Shown here: positions 10,001-18,406 of the stretch, piece after piece
How positions within the stretch are numbered: the stretch's first letter is position 1
Layout of the letters: every line of letters starts with the position of its first letter
Origin: a virus
Taxonomy: Duplodnaviria; Caudoviricetes
Reading direction: 5' to 3' (one strand)
IMG/VR virus record: IMGVR_UViG_3300008255_000443
Location: 1-25,551 of that record
DNA: 25,551 nt
Position numbers and translations under genes: made by a program
The notes under the pieces: generated by a model
The model's input: the letters and a program-made list of their open reading frames with translations, nothing else
Database searches by the model: none
What the model was told of the DNA's origin: nothing

Positions 10001-10427
10001 AGGAACTCTGTTGATTAAGATGCCAACAATTCAACCCATCCTCAGACACCATTAAGTTTCCAACTTTAATCTTCGCAGATCCCCAATCCCAGGTTGTATT
10101 GTCAAAAATTACTCCCGTACCCGCCATCATTCCAGGATCATCTGGATCACAAAGAGTTACACTAAATTGATTAGGACTATCAACTATCTCACCTATAGCA
10201 AAGAAATTAACTTCGGCCGCAAGTGTTTGTGTAGGAGGATCATGCGGAATATCTGTACCTGGATCAGTTGGAGGATCAATACCTTCATCTACATCCTCCG
10301 GGTCAGTAATAACAGGAGGATCGACAGAAGTATCCGCAGGAATTTCATCAATAACTGTATTTCCATCACAAGCAATTTTGTTCAATGCAGGACTGGAAGT
10401 ACAATCAGTTGGAGTGAAATCAGTCAT
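7047..10427 (-). CDS. Large LVIVD-repeat beta-propeller protein, putative receptor-binding/adhesion protein (~1126 aa)
   Basis: At least 10 LVIVD-type repeats (GLAIYDVSNPTSVP, LYSIDITTP, IAVCDVTDRD, IQSIDVSSD, IVEIDVSTPAAP, GLLVIDISDPTSP, VMVVNATT, GILVIDISTISSP, GIRVYDVSDPSS, LAIVDFTDLYNP). Start set at ATG 10427 (ATGACTGA overlap with the adaptor stop) rather than 10448. Confidence 0.7.
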   Translation of the reverse strand: MTDFTPTDCTSSPALNKIACDGNTVIDEIPADTSVDPPVITDPEDVDEGIDPPTDPGTDIPHDPPTQTLAAEVNFFAIGEIVDSPNQFSVTLCDPDDPGMMAGTGVIFDNTTWDWGSAKIKVGNLMVSEDGLNCWHLNQQSSSGQYDMILVHWDMTNPSVPVKSYEKNIHTELGGIGTGNDRIECFSSCFYSDITKRIYIAYHFIDQLKNGLAIYDVSNPTSVPVLISKTNLPDWGSSHRIFGLEVSHDESYVFVGGYNSTVSPVIHSASVSADGVTVTYQSTLLLSGGTPAGIRLRRLNAATLLVTAAPTTHRYLYSIDITTPTLLTIRDTLDLGAINVSAEPGSIAISTDNTRAYIHISTNGSGAAIAVCDVTDRDNLVLLSSNYNLDSIVINDYYGDRLHYVESDRDLDPYLIALTSGASIQSIDVSSDLALTLIDTGGSPEDADNIGCARGPKTFRMGSEVGGGTAPIPVDANLAVVSGTKTPFGVAVICGLDDYENPTADVTVRETDLFDTVGLGPYSIFTHSGRLAILNDGVLKLYTNGSTFALAGTLSSSSLANARGLVASKIDEKLWTMVENSIVEIDVSTPAAPSITSVTNIGPSYFNDDIGGQKVLGVTDNYIIIEHDGPGLVSQTTHLRTGWTRPLELINCKAITIDSTYAYVWNDYGGGGFAVFKYGVDTMDFVGYLDVGSREGYKVKLLKSGNYVYCLFSLSTASVPGLLVIDISDPTSPTIADTYDVEGVAIGSVSASELVIFGSTLVRLNITVPTAVSVTASLVTGRNITSGAIVNGKAVAFDSNKNAIGYSLGSPIVEQSTVSLLAVGNLEAYGVTYAGKDYVVVGQNTPTSSIPAVMVVNATTIGSISIASQVAKPFGQQYSWAFNPTTQLGFYGGQVIDFHFFSAPIFITETYNPDTELSRDRRFAMTMTGSTVVVGRHSDIGGILVIDISTISSPTTTRSLGDRSVSKRVGEGRIYHIRGTDTGVAVGFSPPRICKVLTTNGEPRIGSYTSLPLQGVSFGGAALDDSGSYLFFAYANTGIGTSDWGIRVYDVSDPSSAVLLSNYSVARGIYGVKVSGTSRKVIFLYKNAAELPVLAIVDFTDLYNPVLLGEVIVYEAKLNNLSLETY

Positions 10428-11085
10428 TTGGATCATCCCAAAGAACACTTAAACGGGCGTAGCGATTATCTTCGTCTTTCTTTGCAACCAGAGGCACAGC
10501 TTGACGAATACCACCAGTCTGAAAGTTAGAAGCTTGTTGGGCTCGTTGATAATCCTCATTAAAGTACTGCCCTCTCCAAATTGCTCCTTGTAACACAAGC
10601 TCATCCCAATTTCTAGGTAAGCTAGTTGTCTCAGCAGAACCCTCTAATAAAGAAGCAACACCTTGCCAAATATTAAGCTCTACAACGTAAGTTGCATCGG
10701 GGTCGGTATTAAAGAAAATACAATCAGCTTCTCTCATATACTTAGTTGGTTGTGCCCTAGTATTAGTACTCAACACAACATTCTCATCATACCAATCACG
10801 AGTCATTTGTGTCAACTTTGTTCTTTGACTCGTAATACTGTCAATAATAGCAACCGACCGGACTATATTTGGATCAGAAAGAGGAGCAAGAGAATACGTA
10901 CTTTGTCCAATCGTCATTGTAAAGCGATACTTAGATTTCTTAGATTCAAATGGAAAGCGATCCTCAATCTCCCAAAGACTCATATTTAATAATTCATCGA
11001 CATCAGTATCTGGAAGCTCTGTAACGTCTTGACCACCCAAACCTTTCCTTACCCATTTCCGCATCTGCTCAAGATCAAGACTCAT
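10420..11085 (-). CDS. Head-to-tail adaptor (tail tubular A-like / P22 gp4 position)
   Basis: Pattern 'VDELLNMSLWEI...GQSTYSL...AQPTKY...PDATYVVEL...LPRNWDELVLQGA' is typical of podoviral adaptors. Start at ATG 11085 has SD GGAGG and a TAATG overlap. Confidence 0.7.
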   Translation of the reverse strand: MSLDLEQMRKWVRKGLGGQDVTELPDTDVDELLNMSLWEIEDRFPFESKKSKYRFTMTIGQSTYSLAPLSDPNIVRSVAIIDSITSQRTKLTQMTRDWYDENVVLSTNTRAQPTKYMREADCIFFNTDPDATYVVELNIWQGVASLLEGSAETTSLPRNWDELVLQGAIWRGQYFNEDYQRAQQASNFQTGGIRQAVPLVAKKDEDNRYARLSVLWDDPND

Positions 11086-11387
11086 TATTCCTCCCACATA
11101 CCAAGGGCTTGTTTAGTCATTCGTTCTTCATCTTCATGTAGCTTTTGAAGTTCTAAGTTAATTTTCCTAGTACTAAGTGTAGAAAAATACCAATCAGAAA
11201 TCTCACTTGCAAGTACCTTAATCATAGAACCATCCTTACAAGTTATCTCAATTATAGAGTCTTTAGTTTTGCCAGATGTCAAGTAAGATTCAACTTGAGA
11301 GTCAATACGAGGCTCATCTTCTGGAATTACCCGATAGTAGTCGCCGTTACTTAGATTAACTTGAACATAACTTCCAAGTTCTATCAT
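11085..11387 (-). CDS. Hypothetical protein, 100 aa
   Basis: ATGA overlap with the endolysin, GAGGT SD, co-oriented in the operon. Confidence 0.6.
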   Translation of the reverse strand: MIELGSYVQVNLSNGDYYRVIPEDEPRIDSQVESYLTSGKTKDSIIEITCKDGSMIKVLASEISDWYFSTLSTRKINLELQKLHEDEERMTKQALGMWEE

Positions 11388-11791
11388 GACTCTACCTCTT
11401 CAAAGTGACCAAGATCATCAAACTTCTGATCGAATAAATCCCAATCTCCATCCCAATCTCCACCCCAACGAAGCTCGACCCTTAATACCCAAGCTATAGC
11501 AATAATAATACCAGCTAGGAGGTAGAATCTAGCTATAGCCTTGGGTCGGTTCGACCAATCAATTGGATAAGGTGCAATATCTACTGCCCTAGAAGGCATG
11601 ACATTATGTTTTCCTTCCGGCCACTTCTTAGTTGATTTTCCCTTGGCAAAAGCCTTGTTTTGATTCGCTTCATTACGAAATCCACAAATTACTGAGAAAT
11701 CTATGAGCTTAATCGCAACACTCATTACTTTCTGTATATTAAACGTACATGTATCTAATTGCTTCTGTGAGTCCCTACCAAAGCTATACAT
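11384..11791 (-). CDS. Endolysin, peptidase M15 (L-Ala-D-Glu peptidase, T5-endolysin-like), no cell-wall-binding domain
   Basis: Motifs GFRNEANQ, KHN...AVD, WGGDW and DLGHFE (Zn ligands H, D, H), plus an Asp-rich loop WDGDWDLFDQKFDD. Confidence 0.9.
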   Translation of the reverse strand: MYSFGRDSQKQLDTCTFNIQKVMSVAIKLIDFSVICGFRNEANQNKAFAKGKSTKKWPEGKHNVMPSRAVDIAPYPIDWSNRPKAIARFYLLAGIIIAIAWVLRVELRWGGDWDGDWDLFDQKFDDLGHFEEVES

Positions 11792-12029
11792 GATTTACCT
11801 GCCTTGCATCAAGGTGAACCTCATTAGTAGCCTCCTCAATGATCGCCCGCACATGAGAAGGACCTATAATTCTAACTGATTCGCTTAATTCCAAAAGTTC
11901 ACCATTGTCTAATACAAGTGATATTTTGGAGAATGGAGGAGGCTCAACTAGCCATTCCCCTTCCTCCAAATAAACTCTAGGACCCTCAAAAGGAGCAGTC
12001 CCTCCAGCTAAAAGGACTTTCTTCTTCAT
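11784..12029 (-). CDS. Hypothetical protein, 81 aa
   Basis: AGGA SD upstream; fills the operon gap and overlaps the endolysin start. Confidence 0.6.
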   Translation of the reverse strand: MKKKVLLAGGTAPFEGPRVYLEEGEWLVEPPPFSKISLVLDNGELLELSESVRIIGPSHVRAIIEEATNEVHLDARQVNHV

Positions 12030-12038
12030 AATCCTATC

Positions 12039-12746
12039 TTACCTTTCGGCCCAAACGCCGATGTAGTCAATACGATTAACGAACGTTCCAGTAGCAGAAC
12101 CGGACATAGCGAAGAAAGCCGGAGCCATATTCGCTGTAGGAATATTCGTTGTGATTAATGCAACTTCTTGACGATTTACGTAGAACCAAATATGAGTCGT
12201 ACTATACAGCCTAAACCCAAGCTTGACCCAAGTTGCATCAACAGCGTCTTCCTGAGAATCAACAGAAGTCTCAGTGTCATCCTTCTCAGACTTAGCAAGC
12301 AGAGAAGCAGCACCTTCTGCAATCTGAAATCCGATTCGATTAGACGACGTAAGACATGCTTCGGGATTGGTTGCAAAATTCTCACACAATCCTACAAACA
12401 TATCACAATCATCTACATCATGCAGCTTAACGTAAGCTTCAAACCAAAGACTCTTTCCTGTCTGTGCAGCAAAAACCTCATTCCCCTGAATAGACGCACC
12501 ATCATTGTCCGTCGTAGCAGTTGAAGTAAGGTCTAATACACCATGCTGAATATCTGCTTCAATACCGACAGCAGCACCAGCATCCTTGACAACAGTCCAG
12601 TCATTCGTCTGATCGTCGTCAACCATAACGAAGTCATCAAACAAAGTTACATAGTCTGGATTGTTTTGCACCGGAAGATCCCGAAACCATTCCCGGTCAA
12701 CATCAATACCGGAATCGAGAAGGGGACCAGAATAGTGAGAACTCAT
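12039..12746 (-). CDS. Putative virion (capsid-associated) protein, beta-sandwich/lectin-like, 235 aa
   Basis: Directly after the MCP with strong SD (GGGAGG). 'LFDDF...WFEAYVK...MFVGL...WVKLGF...FYVN...IDYI' is a ConA-like beta pattern. Confidence 0.55.
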   Translation of the reverse strand: MSSHYSGPLLDSGIDVDREWFRDLPVQNNPDYVTLFDDFVMVDDDQTNDWTVVKDAGAAVGIEADIQHGVLDLTSTATTDNDGASIQGNEVFAAQTGKSLWFEAYVKLHDVDDCDMFVGLCENFATNPEACLTSSNRIGFQIAEGAASLLAKSEKDDTETSVDSQEDAVDATWVKLGFRLYSTTHIWFYVNRQEVALITTNIPTANMAPAFFAMSGSATGTFVNRIDYIGVWAER

Positions 12747-12761
12747 CTTTATCCCCTCCCT

Positions 12762-13667
12762 TTAAGCTGCGTCAGAGCCAATCCAACCACGGGCATCGTA
12801 GAAGTAATTAAGGAACCTCTGACGAGACACGAAGTAAGATGTGCGAGTAGAAGCCTCATACCAATCCTCAAACTGAGGCTTGACCTTCCAAAGACAATGA
12901 GCATCATGGATCGTACTATCCCGAGCAAACCAATCCTTACCAGACTGATCCTTATAGTGAGAGACAGTATAACCAAGCTGACGCTTACGCCGCGTAGCAT
13001 TGACATTACGATCCGCAGTGAAGGGCTGATTCTCATTCTGCGTAAGCTGAATCGCCATCCACTCATTCGCAATATTGATAATTAAGTGGTCAATCCGCAC
13101 AGGAATGGGATCGCCACGGTTATCAACAGTCTGCTCACCAAGCTCAAACGCAGCTTGTAATCCAGCCACCCCAAGTTGAAGGTTGCCAGAAATTTGATTA
13201 GACCAAGTACCTGCGGATGAAATCAAAGTGTGAGTAGTAGAACAAAGAGCTTCGCCACCAAATCCAGTAAACACAGAGCCAGTAAAAGCATCGTCTAAGA
13301 AATCAGCAGCACCATACTCTTGGGTTAATCTCGTAGAACGACCAAGCCACTTAGCACTTTGATTGGCCTTTCCATAAAGATCATCCTCCATCTGTTCCTT
13401 CGTCACACCAAAACCCAATCCATACTGAGCATCGGTCTTAGTGATCTTCGGGGCGAGTTCAGCGTCAACGAAGGTGTAGCTCTCACCTTCACCAAGCACA
13501 ACCTGGCGAGGAAGCCCACTCATCGAAGTCATTTCGATCTCAGCTCGATCCATCGTACCGATTCTGAGGATTTTAGAATACTCCTCATCAAAGCTCTGAT
13601 AAGAATCTCGGAAATCCCTCCGCAGTCCAGGCCGCAGAAGGTGATTAAATGCGCCACGAGTGTGCAT
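12762..13667 (-). CDS. Major capsid protein (HK97 fold, Mu gpT-like family), 301 aa
   Basis: Motifs LLRPGL, GEGESYTF, YGLGFGVTKEQMEDDLY, DAFTG...GEALCSTTH and terminal 'YDARGWIGS'; perfect SD GGAGGT; position after scaffold and decoration genes; more C-ending codons, as expected of a highly expressed gene. Confidence 0.85.
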   Translation of the reverse strand: MHTRGAFNHLLRPGLRRDFRDSYQSFDEEYSKILRIGTMDRAEIEMTSMSGLPRQVVLGEGESYTFVDAELAPKITKTDAQYGLGFGVTKEQMEDDLYGKANQSAKWLGRSTRLTQEYGAADFLDDAFTGSVFTGFGGEALCSTTHTLISSAGTWSNQISGNLQLGVAGLQAAFELGEQTVDNRGDPIPVRIDHLIINIANEWMAIQLTQNENQPFTADRNVNATRRKRQLGYTVSHYKDQSGKDWFARDSTIHDAHCLWKVKPQFEDWYEASTRTSYFVSRQRFLNYFYDARGWIGSDAA

Positions 13668-13680
13668 TTGCTATACCTCC

Positions 13681-14154
13681 TTATTGGCCAATGACGGAAG
13701 GAATAACCTTGAAGAGAACCGCGTTCAGCTCAGTGAAAACCTTAGTCACAAAAACATGAACGTTAGTTGTATCCTCTTCATCGACATACCACTCACCAGC
13801 GGTCGGCTCGATAAGGCCAAAATCATTGCCTTCATGTGTCCCGGCCGCAGCAGTAGCAACAGCAACTCCACTTACATCATAGACCTGTGCGAGAAATTCT
13901 TGATCCGCTGTGGCAATAGCTACAGGAATTGTCGTTCCAAACGATGGAGTACCGGCAACAACAGCAGCCATTGCAAATCCTACAAGGCCCGTGACAGTAG
14001 TACCACCAGTAAAGGCTTCGATCAATTCAGGATCAGCAGAACTTCGCTGAACAGGCTCACCAATTGCAATCGCAGCAGCAGACGTAGGAGTCATTTGTGC
14101 AACTACAACTTGCTGTCCAGCCTTGCGCGCAGGCTGAATTCTAATCAGCCCCAT
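13681..14154 (-). CDS. Putative capsid decoration/cement protein, 157 aa
   Basis: Ala/Thr/Val-rich, 'AIAIGEPV...LVGFAM' pattern; immediately upstream of the MCP; AAGGA SD. Confidence 0.55.
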   Translation of the reverse strand: MGLIRIQPARKAGQQVVVAQMTPTSAAAIAIGEPVQRSSADPELIEAFTGGTTVTGLVGFAMAAVVAGTPSFGTTIPVAIATADQEFLAQVYDVSGVAVATAAAGTHEGNDFGLIEPTAGEWYVDEEDTTNVHVFVTKVFTELNAVLFKVIPSVIGQ

Positions 14155-14172
14155 GTTATAATTCCTTTATAG

Positions 14173-14721
14173 TTAAAGTTCGACAACAGGAACAGTCCAA
14201 TGTGAAGTCTCGGACTGTGCTCGCTTTGATTCAGATTGACGACGCCTACGCTCAATCCGTTCAAGCTTTACTAATTTGTTCGCAATGTAAATTTCTTCTG
14301 GTATAACCATGAGAATGGTATCACCCATGCGAACCCTTCTATCCGCCGTACCAGTCGGCGTCTTCTTGGAAGCCTTTTCATCAAGAAAAACTTCCCATCC
14401 CAAGGCTTCGGCCCGAGAAATCTCAAGATCAGACTCAAGCATAAATTCACCAACGAATCCCTTGGGAACTAATTTCAAGAGTCTTTCGATTCCATCTAAA
14501 ACCGGGCCTCTTGAAAGAATTTCTACTGACTTTGCTTTTGCTTCTCTAATGCGCTCTAGCTTATCTACAACTTGTTGATTAGTAAGAGACTTTGAATCAA
14601 TTCCAAATTTCTGCAAGAACTTTCGACCAGCTTGAACCTGATCTCCTGCATAAACAGGAATTTCTGATGTCTCCAGCTCCAGAACACCAGAATCCATTGA
14701 AACGTCAGCTAACGTAGACAT
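14173..14721 (-). CDS. Conserved head-module hypothetical protein, 182 aa
   Basis: TAATG overlap with the scaffold stop. 'ISRAEALGWEV...VRMGDTILMVIPEE' resembles proteins I recall between scaffold and capsid genes in this phage type (not verified). Confidence 0.55.
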   Translation of the reverse strand: MSTLADVSMDSGVLELETSEIPVYAGDQVQAGRKFLQKFGIDSKSLTNQQVVDKLERIREAKAKSVEILSRGPVLDGIERLLKLVPKGFVGEFMLESDLEISRAEALGWEVFLDEKASKKTPTGTADRRVRMGDTILMVIPEEIYIANKLVKLERIERRRRQSESKRAQSETSHWTVPVVEL

Positions 14722-15596
14722 TATTGAGTTACTCCAAGCTTAGAAGTTGCAACATCACGTTCATCCACTTCAAGCCAGTTTAAATACTCTTCATCTGACT
14801 TAAATCCTTGCATCCTAGATACTGCCTTTTCACTTTCAGTTAAAGCTCGAAGCTTAGACTTTCCTCCATCCTGTGGATGAATTGGCTGCCTAGAAGCAGA
14901 ATGCTGTGGAGGAGCAGGACGAGAAGAAGAAGGAGAAGGAGAAGACACAGGAATTCCTGTAGAATGAGAAGCAGTAGAATCTATACCAATCGAATCACGA
15001 GCATCGAGATAGAACAATCTAATAGTACCAGCATTAGGCTCCGTGATTCCGTGTTTGACAATCTGTGTTTCAATGTAATCTCTGTATTGATCTAAGTCTG
15101 AATAACGCTCACGAACAGTCGCCCAGGCGTTATTTACCTTAGTAACAGCAACATCTTCACGAAAAGGTTGAATGATTTCATTCAAATGATTAGTTAACTT
15201 ACTAAGCAACTTCTCATCCCTTGCAGCCAATACCTTTCCTGGATCTGCAAAGAATTGTTCAGGAGTAATATCAGGCTCGGGCTGAGAAGGAATAGCAGGT
15301 GCAGCAGGAGCATTTGTGTTTCTAGCTACATCATTTAATGCTCTTCCTTGCTCTCTGACAGTCGCCTCCATAGTTGCGTATCGCTGTGCAACCTCTTGTG
15401 GAGTCAAACCATCCAATCCTGGAATACCCGCAAACGGACTTTCAATACCCGTAGGCGAATGGTCCTGGTCCGTCAGTTCCTGATTCGATTGGTCCTGCGG
15501 AGGATCGTCTGTGTGCGTCTCTCCGTCTCCTGACATGCCTGGATCTTCCTTCCGATCCTGCAAGATTGTCCGTGGATAAATCTTCTGATTCCTCAT
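14721..15596 (-). CDS. Capsid scaffolding protein
   Basis: Acidic/Pro-rich disordered N-terminus, coiled coil, 'FFADP', Ser/Pro linker, C-terminal 'LTESEKAVSRMQGFKSDEEY' capsid-binding-like helix. Start set at ATG 15596 (GAGG SD); 15536 is an alternative. Confidence 0.7.
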   Translation of the reverse strand: MRNQKIYPRTILQDRKEDPGMSGDGETHTDDPPQDQSNQELTDQDHSPTGIESPFAGIPGLDGLTPQEVAQRYATMEATVREQGRALNDVARNTNAPAAPAIPSQPEPDITPEQFFADPGKVLAARDEKLLSKLTNHLNEIIQPFREDVAVTKVNNAWATVRERYSDLDQYRDYIETQIVKHGITEPNAGTIRLFYLDARDSIGIDSTASHSTGIPVSSPSPSSSRPAPPQHSASRQPIHPQDGGKSKLRALTESEKAVSRMQGFKSDEEYLNWLEVDERDVATSKLGVTQ

Positions 15597-15873
15597 GGCT
15601 AACTTCCTCTCGACTAGAGATTTGATAGATAACATCTAAGGCTTGTCTAAAGCCCACTCCGATCTTTACCCGAGCCAGGGCTTCTTCTCCTGTAGAAGAA
15701 TTCTCCTGATCTGCGAGTAAACTTGAATATTGCTCCTCTAAGAGCAATATTAAAATCTTAAACCCTTCTGATTTAATTGTCTTATTTAATTCTTGAAGAT
15801 CAGCTTCCTCCAACTCCACTAGAAAGTCTTGGAGTGGAAGATGCTCCAGAAGCTCCTGCGTTCTCGGGTTCAT
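15442..15873 (-). CDS. Small helical protein between portal and scaffold
   Basis: Protein-like core 'SEGFKILILLLEEQY...ARVKIGVGFRQALDVI' fills the portal-scaffold gap; probable ATG at 15873; overlaps both neighbours. Confidence 0.55.
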   Translation of the reverse strand: MNPRTQELLEHLPLQDFLVELEEADLQELNKTIKSEGFKILILLLEEQYSSLLADQENSSTGEEALARVKIGVGFRQALDVIYQISSREEVSHEESEDLSTDNLAGSEGRSRHVRRRRDAHRRSSAGPIESGTDGPGPFAYGY

Positions 15874-17740
15874 TTTGCTGACTAGCCCCACCAGTTAAAG
15901 TAAATTCCTCTGCATCTGGTATTCCAAAGGTTTCAGCGAGTCTAGTTAGCACAGCATCAGATGTAATCAATGCTCTCTGTGCAATGGTCGCCAAGATAGT
16001 AGGATCGCCAGTAATTTGAGCAAAGATTTGTGCGAACTGAGCAGCTTCTCTATAGTAACTAGTAAGAACTTGGAAGAGAGTAAGCCATTGTCTTTGCTCA
16101 ACATCCTTATTTGTAATTGAATCAGTAACTGTTAGTTTAATAATCGCACCCTTTCGTACAAGGATGGAGGGCATATTTAAAACTTTCTCTATCTCTACAC
16201 CATCATCCCCTACTACTAACCAATGTATTTGCTGCGTACCAAAAAGCTGCATATTAGTGACAACATCATAACCAATTAAGCTAGAGAATCTCTTTACATT
16301 CTTGAGAACAAGGTCAAATCTTTTATTCCCTTCTGCCAATCGCGAGAGATCCGAAGTTGCAGTTCCAGGAGTTCCTTCTTGGGGGAGCCCAAGGATAGCT
16401 TCATTTGCACCCGTTCTCTTTTCAAAGTATCGTACAATGCTTTCCTCATTGTTGTAAGAAGAGGGATAGACTTCGGATAGTTTAAACTCCTTAATATCAT
16501 TTTGGACATTATCAACAAACCACATTTTTCCAGGGAATAGAGGTTCTCCATCACCATATCCGAGACCTTTTCTAATAACAATCTGTGCCATATTAGCCAG
16601 CGTTGCATTGTCCAAACGCTGACGATGGATCGTTGTTGCCTCTTCTTGGAATTGCTCCGTTTGCTTACAGATCCCAATACCAACCCAAATTCCTTCAACT
16701 GGAATATATCGACAAGTTCTATAGGGCCTATGTAAATCATCGTACCAATTATAACGAATAGAAAGAATTGTTCTAGTTTCCTTGTGGTAATCTAAAACAA
16801 TTTCTTCATCCCATCCATCGCCATCTACATCAAATGAAACCCAAAGCTCATGGACGTTGAATATAGAAGTCCAAAGAGGCTCTGCATTTGAATGTTTATT
16901 AATTGTCTCTTGTACTTCATTTACATCATTAACCGACCCAGGTTGATTCTTTAATACCCAAGTGTGCCGGATCTTCTCAATTGCCGACCCAAGCATTCTA
17001 CCAGATTGAGCCATTCTTTTAAGCTGACTCCAAGTAAACTCGTGCTTCTCTCCTACAAGTTGTGCTAGCTGAGGATCAAGGTCGGCAAAGCGCATTACGA
17101 AGTTACCAAGGGGAACTCTCTCTACAACCCCACCGTTTCGGATTGTAGCATAGACCTCCTCCTCAGCATCCCCTACTTTCTTCAAGCCCTTCTTAATAAT
17201 CTTCTCATATCCAGTCTTTGCAACAGCCGTCCCGAGCTTACAAAACTCTAAAAGCCATTCATTATAGAACTCATAGAGCCTCAGACCATCAGGAGCTTCT
17301 ACTTCTGACTGTAAAAACTCCTCAAGAGGCTTTGCAGTCGTCCTCCACTCCTTGGATTTCGCCCTAATACTCCAAAATGGCTCTACGGCGAATAAAGTAT
17401 TCATAAATCTTGCTTGAATTGCCTCTACAGCAATAGCAGCAAGAGGAATTACTACATTCGCAGCCCTTTTGAAGGGGAAATTCCGTTCTTTTGTAGCCGG
17501 AGCAGCCCAATAGAGTGTTTGATAACGCTTCCAATCCTCCATCATGGGCTGACGTTCTGTATAAAAAGCATTTAGCTCTTCGTCAATCCAAGTCTTTAAC
17601 CTATCTTCAACATCTACATCTAAATTAAGCATCCGAGGCCAATTGCCTTTGGTGTCAGCATCTGTATTTGGCTTAACTCCACCATCTACAGGTGCATCTC
17701 CACGGAATGCTGGATCTTGGTATAAGGCTAAAGAGGACAT
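15800..17740 (-). CDS. Portal protein, 646 aa
   Basis: Size and position after TerL; motifs 'FPFKRAANVVIP', 'LGTAVAK', 'GIWVGIGI...Q...R..LDNATLAN', 'PGKMW', 'TGANEAILG...TAT'. Confidence 0.85.
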   Translation of the reverse strand: MSSLALYQDPAFRGDAPVDGGVKPNTDADTKGNWPRMLNLDVDVEDRLKTWIDEELNAFYTERQPMMEDWKRYQTLYWAAPATKERNFPFKRAANVVIPLAAIAVEAIQARFMNTLFAVEPFWSIRAKSKEWRTTAKPLEEFLQSEVEAPDGLRLYEFYNEWLLEFCKLGTAVAKTGYEKIIKKGLKKVGDAEEEVYATIRNGGVVERVPLGNFVMRFADLDPQLAQLVGEKHEFTWSQLKRMAQSGRMLGSAIEKIRHTWVLKNQPGSVNDVNEVQETINKHSNAEPLWTSIFNVHELWVSFDVDGDGWDEEIVLDYHKETRTILSIRYNWYDDLHRPYRTCRYIPVEGIWVGIGICKQTEQFQEEATTIHRQRLDNATLANMAQIVIRKGLGYGDGEPLFPGKMWFVDNVQNDIKEFKLSEVYPSSYNNEESIVRYFEKRTGANEAILGLPQEGTPGTATSDLSRLAEGNKRFDLVLKNVKRFSSLIGYDVVTNMQLFGTQQIHWLVVGDDGVEIEKVLNMPSILVRKGAIIKLTVTDSITNKDVEQRQWLTLFQVLTSYYREAAQFAQIFAQITGDPTILATIAQRALITSDAVLTRLAETFGIPDAEEFTLTGGASQQNEPENAGASGASSTPRLSSGVGGS

Positions 17741-17809
17741 TTAGTGTCTATTTGAGGGAATTCCAAGCTTTCTGAGCCTTCTAAATTAAAATAAAGAGCC
17801 TTTCTCGTA

Positions 17810-18088
17810 CTATTTCCTAGAAGCTCCGTCTTTAGTTCCAACTCCTCCGACCCGATCATGGTTAGTACGAGCAAAGTAAAAGCCAAGCACCAAAAAGATC
17901 ATACTGCTTAGTGTAGTTGGGAGATTCAAAGTTTCATCTTCTGCGTACATAGCGTGATAAATCATAATAAAGACTCCCGCTCCGACCGACAGCAATGCAA
18001 TTATGCTTTGAGTTACCTCCCAAATCAAATTAATATGACGCTGACCTGCGGTTTTTAGGGAGTATTCCTCTTCACTAGGATTTGACAT
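17810..18088 (-). CDS. Putative holin (2 TM helices), 92 aa
   Basis: Two hydrophobic segments (IIALLSVGAGVFIMIY; LSSMIFLVLGFYFAR), a 'GFYF' end motif and a basic C-terminus. Confidence 0.55.
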   Translation of the reverse strand: MSNPSEEEYSLKTAGQRHINLIWEVTQSIIALLSVGAGVFIMIYHAMYAEDETLNLPTTLSSMIFLVLGFYFARTNHDRVGGVGTKDGASRK

Positions 18089-18090
18089 TC

Positions 18091-18402
18091 CTATTTCTCC
18101 TTTTCATTACAACGAATTGGATTAGTCCCTTCAAATTGTGTAGTCAGCAAACATACTAATATTGAAATTCGTTGATCGGTTTGATTCATTTGTGCAGATA
18201 ATTGAGTCATACTTAAATTAAGTTTTGCGTCAATAGAATCTTGACGAATATTTGTTATTCTATTTGCCTCTATCATTGCAGGAACATTTGATAATCCAGC
18301 CAAACTTGAACCAAAAAAAGAACCTGAAATAAAAATTGTTACAATAACTAAAAGAACTTGATAGATTAGAGGAATTTTCTCGAATATTTTAATTGGATTC
18401 AT
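18091..18402 (-). CDS. Single-TM coiled-coil membrane protein (antiholin/spanin-like), 103 aa
   Basis: N-terminal TM (LIYQVLLVIVTIFISGSFFG), then a coiled coil and two C-terminal Cys; adjacent to the holin-like gene. Confidence 0.4.
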   Translation of the reverse strand: MNPIKIFEKIPLIYQVLLVIVTIFISGSFFGSSLAGLSNVPAMIEANRITNIRQDSIDAKLNLSMTQLSAQMNQTDQRISILVCLLTTQFEGTNPIRCNEKEK

Positions 18403-18406
18403 TCGT

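Noticed and set aside
12744-12764. MCP stop is in frame with the next gene (TAA AGG GAG GGG ATA AAG ATG), suggesting a readthrough fusion
   Set aside because: TAA is rarely read through, the downstream gene has its own strong SD, and in-frame spacing occurs one time in three by chance.
12749-13072. Arg/Ser/Leu-rich alternate-frame ORF inside the MCP, and similar nested ORFs (5665-5886, 16294-16740, 23784-24161)
   Set aside because: Composition is that of an off-frame reading of the host gene; I saw no slippery site or lipobox.
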